Of a stretch of 64,000 nucleotides of DNA, positions 37,383-44,224 are shown piece by piece. Numbering within the stretch: position 1 is the first letter of the stretch; each line of letters begins with the position of its first letter. The notes under the pieces were generated by a model that saw nothing but the letters and a program-made list of their open reading frames with translations, was not told the DNA's origin and made no database searches. The position numbers and the translations under genes were made by a program. This stretch comes from Kiritimatiellia bacterium (lineage in GTDB: Bacteria; Verrucomicrobiota; Kiritimatiellia; CAIQIC01; JAGNIJ01). The DNA lies in the NCBI GenBank assembly GCA_018001225.1, contig JAGNIJ010000006.1, positions 29,188-93,187 of the forward strand. The letters run 5' to 3'.

Positions 37383-37733
37383 ATGAGAAGGAATGCTGGT
37401 TTCACGCTGGTGGAGATCATGATCGTTGTGGCCATCATTGGCCTGTTGGCGGCCATCGCCATTCCGTCGTTTGTGCGCGCGCGCCAGACGACCCAGACCA
37501 ATACCTGCATCAACAACCTCCGGCTGATTGATGCGGCCAAGCAGCAGTGGGCGCTGGAAACGGGCGCGGCGGCCGATGCGGCCCCGGGCGAAGCGGACAT
37601 CCAGCCCTACATGAAGAATGATGAATCCCCGATTTGCCCCCTCTCCGATGCGTTTGATTACACCATCGGCGACCTGGCAACGGATCCGACCTGCGCGAAT
37701 TTCAACGCCGATTCGCATAACGCCGTTCTGTAA
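37383..37733 (+). CDS. Prepilin-type (type IV pilin / pseudopilin-like) protein with CINNLRLID...QWALE motif
   Basis: MRRNAG|FTLVEIMIVVAIIGLLAAIAIPSF class III signal. 116 aa. Paralog of 37864-38241. An alternative upstream ATG at 37347 precedes the predicted transcription start. Confidence 0.7.
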   Translation: MRRNAGFTLVEIMIVVAIIGLLAAIAIPSFVRARQTTQTNTCINNLRLIDAAKQQWALETGAAADAAPGEADIQPYMKNDESPICPLSDAFDYTIGDLATDPTCANFNADSHNAVL

Positions 37734-37741
37734 GTGGTCAG

Positions 37742-37785
37742 TCCACCCGTTAGCAGCCCCGGCATGGCGCCGGGGCTGCTTTTTT
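37742..37785 (+). terminator. Rho-independent terminator after first pilin gene
   Basis: AGCAGCCCCGGCATGGCGCCGGGGCTGCTTTTTTTG: a perfect GC stem plus a T7 run. Confidence 0.75.
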
Positions 37786-37824
37786 TGTGTAATTATTTGC
37801 CCGTGAAATAGATAAGCTGGAGCT

Positions 37825-37840
37825 TGGCATGAAGCCTGCT
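37825..37840 (+). promoter_or_regulatory. Second sigma-54 promoter TGGCATGAAGCCTGCT upstream of second pilin gene
   Basis: GG-N10-GC with TGGCAT and CTGC elements, about 25 nt upstream of the ATG at 37864. Confidence 0.5.
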
Positions 37841-37863
37841 TTATTTATATGCACTCGGGCCCC

Positions 37864-38241
37864 ATGAAAAGGCGAATCCAGTGTCGCACGGCGGTGGTTC
37901 CGAAACGGGCGACTCTACGGCGCGGGTTCACCTTGCTTGAAATCATGATCGTGGTCAGTTTCATTGGGCTCCTGGCAGGATTGGCCGTTCCCGGCTTGCT
38001 GCGCGCAAGGCAGTCCTCCCAGCGGGTGCGGTGCATCGACAATCTTCGTCAGATCGATTCCGCGAAGGAGCAGTGGGCCATGGAGAATTTCGCCGGCGAG
38101 GGGGACCCGGTGGGCGAGGGGGACATCACCCCGTATTTCCAGAGGGGTTTCCCCGTGTGCCCCGCCCGGGGCGAGTACACGATCATGGCGATCGGACAGA
38201 ATCCGCAGTGCGACCAGGACGGTCACGTGTTGCGCGAGTAG
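37864..38241 (+). CDS. Prepilin-type protein, paralog of 37383 (CIDNLRQIDSAKEQWAME motif)
   Basis: RRG|FTLLEIMIVVSFIGLLAGLAVPGL class III signal. Conserved C-x-NLR-ID-AK-QWA-E block shared with the upstream pilin. Leader is 21 aa from ATG 37864; a GTG at about 37894 would give 11 aa. Confidence 0.65.
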   Translation: MKRRIQCRTAVVPKRATLRRGFTLLEIMIVVSFIGLLAGLAVPGLLRARQSSQRVRCIDNLRQIDSAKEQWAMENFAGEGDPVGEGDITPYFQRGFPVCPARGEYTIMAIGQNPQCDQDGHVLRE

Positions 38242-38298
38242 TTCGGTCTCCGGCGCAGCAATTCGAATTATGACCTACCCGCCTCGGAAGCGATGTGT

Positions 38299-38394
38299 TG
38301 TCATTCCGAGCGAAGCGGGGAATCTCCAGCGTTCTTCACGACTCCGGAGATCCCTCCCGCCGGAGGTGGGCAGGCGGCTCCGCTCGGGATGACA
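38299..38394 (+). repeat. Long-range inverted repeat TGTCATTCCGAGCG ... CGCTCGGGATGACA enclosing a GC-rich 68-nt segment downstream of the pilin genes
   Basis: 14-bp arms with one mismatch, read directly. Lies in a 310-bp non-coding stretch with further local hairpins. Possible RNA stability or terminator element, or a small RNA. Confidence 0.35.
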
Positions 38395-38555
38395 GAACCC
38401 CGTTTGGAACAGGCCCAAATGCGAATGGCGGCTTCCGGCGTTGGGGGGATCGTACAGGCTTGTAACTGGATAGGATGAAGGCTCCGGGCCATCCTGCTTC
38501 TACGGCCTTACGGCCGCGCTACCAGCAGGAGGTTTGCAGCGCGCCCGTCAGGGCG

Positions 38556-38684
38556 TAATACCATGTACGGGTGAGAGGCGGTGCGAACGGCGTCGCAGAG
38601 CTCCGCCCTCCAGTGGCAGGAATCATGGAGGGGCGAGCTCCTGCGAGCCCGAAATCTACCCGCCTTCACCCGGATTTGGTATAA
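38556..38684. repeat. MITE-like hairpin element, copy 2
   Basis: Near-identical to 31465-31591 (2-3 substitutions and a 1-nt indel). Also sits in a convergent intergenic gap. Confidence 0.65.
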
Positions 38685-38715
38685 GACCGGCATTGAAGTT
38701 TCCGGCCCGTCCCGT

Positions 38716-39918
38716 TCAGCGCGGTACGATATCCCTGCAGAACGTGACGAATGTATTGCGGCGCCGAGTCAAGGGCGCGGAAACTTCCACGGAGCGCAGG
38801 GTATTCCCCATGGAATTCTTGAACACGACCTTGACCGAGGAGAGATCCTTCGGCGCCCGGACCCGCGCCACCTGCATCCACCGGGGCAGCGTTTGCCACC
38901 GCCGGACATCCGGCTGCTCCAGCAGCCCGATCAGGATGAATCGGACCAGTTCCCCCCAGCCTTCGCTATGAGTTTCATGCTCGACGGCTTCGGCGATGGC
39001 TTCCTTGAGAATGATGCGGCCGACGGTCTTGGCGGTCTGCTGCAGCGCGCGCAGTTTTTCGGTCAGAAAGGTCAGCTCGACCGTGTCGGAGAGGTTGTAG
39101 CTCCGGCCCAGGAGTTGGTTCCCGGCATAAATCTCGGCATAGGCCGCCGGCTCCGGGTGCCAGTCCTCGCGCCACTGGGCGTCGGCCCGGGGGGCGCGGC
39201 CGATCAGGACGAAGGCGACCAGTTCCGCCGGCCAGCGTTCTTCGGTTTCCGCGGGAGGGGCGGCGGGCTGGCCGTCCGCGCCGGGCGGGGGTCGCACGTA
39301 AAGGCGGCCGGTGTTCTCGTTCACGGCGAGCCCGCCCATGAGCTCCGAGGCGCGCTTGTACTGCAGGGCCGCATTGGAATCGTCGTCGATCATCTCCAGG
39401 CAGAACCCGGCCATGTACCGCGAGTAGGCGTCCTCGGGATACTCGCCCCGGATGTCCGGTTCCAGGGACTTGATGATGCGGCGCGACTCGACCGCGGCAT
39501 CGTCCCATTTCCCCAGGGCCAGGTAGTTCTTGGCCGCCATGGCGTGGAGCAAGGTCCGCTCGAACGGCGCCCCGCGGAAATTCTGGACGCCGTCGTTGAC
39601 CACCCAGCTGGCGGCGCCCTTGGAGACGCTGTAGGTCTGCAACTCCTCGAGCCGCTGGTTCGCCGCGTCGAAGTCCTTGGCGCTGTCCTCGTAGCGCCCC
39701 GCCGCTTGCCGGATGGTGCCGCGCTCCATCAGGAAGAGGACCTCGTCCTTTTCCGGGGGCTTGGCCGTCTCCAGCACCTGGTCAGCCTGGGCCGTCCGCC
39801 CGAGGTAGTAGTTCTGGCGGGCGGCTTCCAGGCCGGGGGTGGCGCATCCGGCGCCCAGGCCCGCGAGGGCCAGCAGGGCGCAAAGCCTCACCCAGGCAAT
39901 GGCGCGCGGACGGGCCAT
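38716..39918 (-). CDS. Lipoprotein of unknown function (signal peptide + lipobox LAGLGAGC)
   Basis: Lipobox at residues 18-25. 400 aa with an N-terminal TPR-like region. Sits directly upstream of, and apparently co-transcribed with, the LpoB-like lipoprotein gene. Confidence 0.55.
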   Translation of the reverse strand: MARPRAIAWVRLCALLALAGLGAGCATPGLEAARQNYYLGRTAQADQVLETAKPPEKDEVLFLMERGTIRQAAGRYEDSAKDFDAANQRLEELQTYSVSKGAASWVVNDGVQNFRGAPFERTLLHAMAAKNYLALGKWDDAAVESRRIIKSLEPDIRGEYPEDAYSRYMAGFCLEMIDDDSNAALQYKRASELMGGLAVNENTGRLYVRPPPGADGQPAAPPAETEERWPAELVAFVLIGRAPRADAQWREDWHPEPAAYAEIYAGNQLLGRSYNLSDTVELTFLTEKLRALQQTAKTVGRIILKEAIAEAVEHETHSEGWGELVRFILIGLLEQPDVRRWQTLPRWMQVARVRAPKDLSSVKVVFKNSMGNTLRSVEVSAPLTRRRNTFVTFCRDIVPR

Positions 39919-39928
39919 GGGAGCTCCT

Positions 39929-40552
39929 TTACCAGCCGATCAGCGGCAGGCTGGCCTGGCGGGCGAATTCCTTCTCCGTGGTCCAGGAAATCAGGCCCGT
40001 TTCCAGGTCGGTGATCTCGATCGTCAGCTTGTAGTAGTTGCGCTGCTGCTTCGAGACGCGGACCTGGCGCTTCGACCGGTCCTCCATCTCGATCAGCGAG
40101 CCGGTAAGCATGTACTTGGCGCCGAGTTGGCGGCCGATCGCCGTCTGGGTCTCCGCCGTGGCGTGCGCGGCCTGGTAGCCCTGCTCCTTGAGCAGTTCCT
40201 CGCGCCGGGACTCGTTGACGAACTGGGCCTTGCCGGCCTGGATGATCATCGTGCGGATGCGGTCCGTCAGGGCCTTGAGGTCGCGGTGGTCCATCGTCCG
40301 GTTCTGCACGCCCGCGATCATCATGATCGGGGGCTGGGGCTGGTCGTTGAGGAAGGGGCTGGCCAGCAGTTCGTTGGCGACCTCCTCCGTGAGGAAGCGC
40401 ATGTCGGTGTAATCGTACGTGGAGCCGAAATGCTGGCGGTCCTCCACGTTGACATCGGTCGTCGAGGCGCGGAACGCGGCGCATCCCGCCGAAAACACCA
40501 GCGCGACCAGGGCCAGGCTGCTCACTCCCATCCATTTCATCAGGCGATTCAT
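39929..40552 (-). CDS. LpoB/CsgG-fold-like small lipoprotein (possible penicillin-binding-protein activator LpoB family)
   Basis: Lipobox VFSAGC. About 200 aa. C-terminal YYKLTIEITDLETGLISWT motif resembling the LpoB/YcfM family. Confidence 0.4.
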   Translation of the reverse strand: MNRLMKWMGVSSLALVALVFSAGCAAFRASTTDVNVEDRQHFGSTYDYTDMRFLTEEVANELLASPFLNDQPQPPIMMIAGVQNRTMDHRDLKALTDRIRTMIIQAGKAQFVNESRREELLKEQGYQAAHATAETQTAIGRQLGAKYMLTGSLIEMEDRSKRQVRVSKQQRNYYKLTIEITDLETGLISWTTEKEFARQASLPLIGW

Positions 40553-40735
40553 GGCTGTCTCCTTTGTTGGTCCACTCGCTTGAAACCCGTATACCGCTTT
40601 CCCGCGGCTGAATCAACACGCATCGGTTTCCGCACGGTTAGACGGCGGCCCGTCCGGATCATTCAAAAATGCCGGTTGCCCTCCCGGCGTTTTGTGCTAA
40701 AGTCCCCCGGTTTGCGGCCCGAAAGGCCGCCGGGC

Positions 40736-40808
40736 GACCCCATCATCTAGAGGCCTAGGATACCAGGTTTTCATCCTGGACACACGGGTTCGAATCCCGT
40801 TGGGGTCG
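40736..40808 (+). tRNA. tRNA-Glu (anticodon TTC)
   Basis: GACCCCATCATCTAGAGGCCTAGGATACCAGGTTTTCATCCTGGACACACGGGTTCGAATCCCGTTGGGGTCG. The 7-bp acceptor, D-arm, anticodon loop TTTTCAT and T-loop GGTTCGAATCC resemble E. coli tRNA-Glu. No encoded CCA. Confidence 0.8.
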
Positions 40809-40871
40809 TTCTTCAATGCGGCGGGCGGGCGCGAGTCGGACGTCCGCCGATTCCACGGGAAAGGTGCGAGC

Positions 40872-41930
40872 ATGAAAAGCTACAACATAGCGGTAATCGG
40901 CGGCGACGGAACGGGGCCGGAGGTCGTGCGCGAGGGCCTCAAGGTCCTGAACGCGGCGGCGGCGAAATTCGGGTTCAAGCTGAACACGACCGACTTCGAC
41001 TTCGGGGGCGATCGCTACCTGCGGACGGGCGAAGTCCTGCCGGACAGCGCCTCCGGCGAAATGCGCAAGTTCGATGCCATCTACCTCGGCGCCATCGGCC
41101 ACCCGGACGTCAAGCCCGGCATCCTCGAGAAGGGCATCCTGCTGCGCCTTCGCTTCGAGCTGGACCAGTATATCAACCTGCGGCCGGTCAAGCTCTATCC
41201 CGGTGTCGCCTGCCCCCTGGTCGGCAAGGGCCCCGAGCACATCGACTACGTCGTGGTGCGCGAGAACACGGGCGACCTGTACACGGGCACGGGCGGCTTC
41301 ACGATGAAGGGCACCCCGCACGAGGTGGCCGTGCAATCGGCGGTCTATACCCGGTTCCAGGTGGACCGTTGCCTGAAGTACGCCTTCGAGTACACGCGGA
41401 AGCGGAACAAGAGAAAGACCCTAGCGCTGTGCGGGAAGACGAACGTGCTGACCTACGTCTACGACCTGTGGGAGCGCGCGTTCCACGAGATGGGCGCGAA
41501 GGACTTCGCGGACATCAAGCGCGAGTACTATCACGTGGACGCGACCTGCATGTGGATGGTCAAGAATCCCGAGTGGTTCGACGTGATCGTCACGGGTAAC
41601 ATGTTCGGCGACATCATCACCGACCTCGGCGCCATCACGCAGGGCGGCATGGGTATCGCGGCCGGCGGCAACATCAACCCGGAGGGCGTGAGCATGTTCG
41701 AGCCGATCGGCGGCTCCGCGCCCAAGTACACGGGCCGGAACGTCATCAACCCGCTGGCGGCCGTCTGCGCCGGCGGCATGATGCTGGACACGCTCGGGGA
41801 ATCCGCCGCGGCGGCCGCGATCGAGAAGGCGGTCATGGATGTCACGGCGAACAAGCTCAAGAGCCTGGCCGCCGGGAAGATGGGCTACGGCACGACCCAG
41901 GTCGGAGACCTGGTGGCGGAACGGGTATAG
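40872..41930 (+). CDS. Isopropylmalate/tartrate dehydrogenase family enzyme (LeuB-like, NAD-dependent beta-hydroxyacid decarboxylating dehydrogenase)
   Basis: [14 protein letters not shown]-terminus, and substrate-binding and GGSAPKYTG motifs of the IDH/IPMDH family. The [17 protein letters not shown] segment resembles the tartrate-dehydrogenase subgroup. The ORF-track N-extension overlapping the tRNA is rejected. Confidence 0.7.
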   Translation: MKSYNIAVIGGDGTGPEVVREGLKVLNAAAAKFGFKLNTTDFDFGGDRYLRTGEVLPDSASGEMRKFDAIYLGAIGHPDVKPGILEKGILLRLRFELDQYINLRPVKLYPGVACPLVGKGPEHIDYVVVRENTGDLYTGTGGFTMKGTPHEVAVQSAVYTRFQVDRCLKYAFEYTRKRNKRKTLALCGKTNVLTYVYDLWERAFHEMGAKDFADIKREYYHVDATCMWMVKNPEWFDVIVTGNMFGDIITDLGAITQGGMGIAAGGNINPEGVSMFEPIGGSAPKYTGRNVINPLAAVCAGGMMLDTLGESAAAAAIEKAVMDVTANKLKSLAAGKMGYGTTQVGDLVAERV

Positions 41931-41941
41931 TAGAAGGGGTT

Positions 41942-42005
41942 AGGGTTCAGTGGTCAGGGTTCAGGAGAAAGGCTCTCGAATCCTGAACCCCGAACCCTGA
42001 ACCCT
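41942..42005. repeat. 64-bp hairpin built from GGGTTCA heptamers (AGGGTTCAGTGGTCAGGGTTCAGG ... CCTGAACCCCGAACCCTGAACCCT)
   Basis: About 24-bp arms with 3 mismatches and a 16-nt loop. Lies between the leuB-like gene and asd. REP-like element or transcript-stabilising hairpin. Confidence 0.5.
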
Positions 42006-42025
42006 CGTAACTGTGGAGACCGGTC

Positions 42026-43030
42026 ATGAAGAACTGCAACGTCTGCGTCGTGGGCATTGGGGCGGTCGGCACCGAGATGGTGCGCCTGCTCAAGTTGCGT
42101 AATTTTCCCGTGGCGAACCTGACCATCTTCGCGCGCAGCGAGCGCACGGAGGTGATCGACGGGGTGGAGTATCCCGTCAAGGTCGGCTCGCCCGAGGCGT
42201 TCGAGGGCATGGATTTCGCCTTCTTCGCCGGGACCGAGGGCGCGAAGGGCGCCTCCCAGACCCTGGGCTGGGAGGCCGCCAAGCGCGGCTGTGTTGTCGT
42301 GGACAACGGCGACGACTTCCGCATGGACCCGCGCGTCCCGCTGGTGATCCCCGAGATCAACCCGGAGGCGCTGAAGGGCCACCCGAACTTCATCGCGAAT
42401 CCCAACTGCAGCACGATCATCGCCCTGATGCCGCTGGCGCCACTGCACCGCGCCGCGAAGATCAAGCGGATCGTGGCGAGTACCTACCAGGCTGTGTCCG
42501 GCACCGGCGCGCCGGCCGTGCGGGAGTTGGAGGCGCAGACCCGCGCGTGGGTGACCGGCCAGCCGCTGCCCCGCGAGGTGTACCCGCACCAGATCGCCTT
42601 CAACCTGATCCCGGGCGTGGGCTCGTTCAAGGACGACTCGGGCGAGAGCTCCGAGGAGATCAAGATGCGCAAGGAAACCCATAAAATCCTGGGCGATTCG
42701 TCGATCCGGGTGGGGAACACCTGCGTGCGCGTGCCGGTGGTCAACGGGCACAGCATCGCGATCAACGTCGAATTCGAAAAGCCCTTGAGCCCCGCCCAGG
42801 CGCGTGACCTGCTCGCGAAGGCGCCCGGCATCAAGGTCGTGGACGACCCGAAGAACGCCGTGTACCCGATGCCGAAGGATGCCTCGGGGGGCTATGACGT
42901 GCTGGTCGGCCGCATTCGTAAGGACCAGAGTTGCGACAACGGGCTGGTGCTGTGGGCCTCCGGCGACAACATCTGGAAGGGCGCCGCCCAGAACGCCATC
43001 CAGATCGCCGAGGCGCTGATCAAGGGGTAG
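42026..43030 (+). CDS. asd: Aspartate-semialdehyde dehydrogenase
   Basis: VVGIGAVG Rossmann motif, catalytic NPNCSTI segment, and the overall ASD core. Confidence 0.85.
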   Translation: MKNCNVCVVGIGAVGTEMVRLLKLRNFPVANLTIFARSERTEVIDGVEYPVKVGSPEAFEGMDFAFFAGTEGAKGASQTLGWEAAKRGCVVVDNGDDFRMDPRVPLVIPEINPEALKGHPNFIANPNCSTIIALMPLAPLHRAAKIKRIVASTYQAVSGTGAPAVRELEAQTRAWVTGQPLPREVYPHQIAFNLIPGVGSFKDDSGESSEEIKMRKETHKILGDSSIRVGNTCVRVPVVNGHSIAINVEFEKPLSPAQARDLLAKAPGIKVVDDPKNAVYPMPKDASGGYDVLVGRIRKDQSCDNGLVLWASGDNIWKGAAQNAIQIAEALIKG

Positions 43031-43046
43031 GACGAAAGACGCTTTT

Positions 43047-43193
43047 TTACCGGTCGTTCAAGCCCGGGATCGTGGGGGCCGTTTCCCAGGGCTGCGGCGT
43101 GTTCCAGGGAAGATCGGAGTCCTGGTCCGGCGTCGCGCACCCGGAGAACAGCAGGCCCAGCATCAGGCCGAGGAAACCCAGGACGGCCTTCAT
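43047..43193 (-). CDS. 48-aa putative small lipoprotein (below ORF-track length cut-off)
   Basis: Reverse-strand translation MKAVLGFLGLMLGLLFSGCATPDQDSDLPWNTPQPWETAPTIPGLNDR carries a signal peptide and lipobox. Its start lies 3 nt after the stop of the next small ORF. Confidence 0.3.
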   Translation of the reverse strand: MKAVLGFLGLMLGLLFSGCATPDQDSDLPWNTPQPWETAPTIPGLNDR

Positions 43194-43196
43194 GGG

Positions 43197-43322
43197 TCAG
43201 GGCCAGACCGAGGGTTCCGCCCCGTAGTGGACCAGCTCGAACGCCTGCAGCCCGATCAGGACCAGGAAGCAGACGACCGAAACCAGGGCCAGCCACGCGG
43301 CCAGTTTAGAAGATAAGGACAT
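43197..43322 (-). CDS. 41-aa putative single-TM small protein
   Basis: Reverse-strand translation MSLSSKLAAWLALVSVVCFLVLIGLQAFELVHYGAEPSVWP. Overlaps the 3' end of the coiled-coil gene by 17 nt. Confidence 0.25.
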   Translation of the reverse strand: MSLSSKLAAWLALVSVVCFLVLIGLQAFELVHYGAEPSVWP

Positions 43323-44136
43323 CGTCGCCCTCTTTCACCGGGACCTGTTCCCAATCCTTCACGATGTCGGCGATGGCCGTGTTCTGCTCGACGGTGCTGA
43401 CCTTGACCTTGCCGACCAGCTTGTCGTCACGGTGCACGTGCAATTCCGTGTTGGGCACAATGCCCTCTTCCTGGCCGAGATCCAGGACCACGAAGTTCCA
43501 GTCGGGATTCACCACCAGGATGCGCCCGGTGAGCCCCATCAGTTTCTTCGGGCTGCCCGTCGGCGGCTCGATCTTGGCGATGTAGTTCTCCAGCGTGGTG
43601 ATGGTGGACTTGAGATCCGCGATCTGGTCGTCCTTCTTCGCCATCTCCAGGTTGATCTCGTCGATCTGGGCCTGGAGGCCGATCTTATCCTGCTCGAGCT
43701 GGTCGATGCGGCCGTTGGCCTGCGCGATCTCGGCGTCCTTCTGCTCGATGGTGGCGTTGAGCTGGACGATCTGGTTCTTGGCCACTTCGAGTTCCGCGCG
43801 GGTGTCGGCGAGCATCTGCTCCGTCTCGGCCAGCTTGGTCTTCGTGGCGGCCAGGTCGGCCTTGGTGTTCTGGAGGTCGTCGTACTGGTTGCCCGCGGCG
43901 ACGGCCATGAGGTCGAGCTGGGGCTTCAACTGGGTTACGTCCTTCAGGGCGGCGACGTTGAGCTGGTCGTAGTGGAACTTGGCGGCGATGTCGGCCAAGC
44001 CGGTCTCGTGCAGCCGCGTGCGCTCCTTGAGGATCTCGCGCTTGGAGAACAGCAGGATCCCTAGAACGAGCGAAGCGATGCTCAAAAGGAGGAGGACGAT
44101 CACCAACGGTTTTAGCGCCTTGCCCATAGGATTCAC
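43306..44136 (-). CDS. Membrane-anchored coiled-coil protein with C-terminal beta domain, unknown function
   Basis: N-terminal TM (LVIVLLLLSIASLVLGILLF), about 150 aa of heptad-rich coiled coil (Q/E/A/L/K-rich), then the segment GRILVVNPDWNFVVLDLGQEEG. Confidence 0.5.
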   Translation of the reverse strand: MNPMGKALKPLVIVLLLLSIASLVLGILLFSKREILKERTRLHETGLADIAAKFHYDQLNVAALKDVTQLKPQLDLMAVAAGNQYDDLQNTKADLAATKTKLAETEQMLADTRAELEVAKNQIVQLNATIEQKDAEIAQANGRIDQLEQDKIGLQAQIDEINLEMAKKDDQIADLKSTITTLENYIAKIEPPTGSPKKLMGLTGRILVVNPDWNFVVLDLGQEEGIVPNTELHVHRDDKLVGKVKVSTVEQNTAIADIVKDWEQVPVKEGDDVLIF

Positions 44137-44224
44137 CTCCGCGATAAGCGGTTTCCCATCTTCTACTAACGCACTCTAGGAGAGGGCGGGGGCGCTGTCA
44201 ACGGTAAAGCGGCCCGGGGCGCCC

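Noticed and set aside
40800-40871. N-terminal extension of the leuB-like ORF (starting inside tRNA-Glu), and ORF 47361-47555 overlapping tRNA-Gly
   Set aside because: They overlap well-formed tRNA genes. The dehydrogenase has a canonical [13 protein letters not shown] start at 40872.
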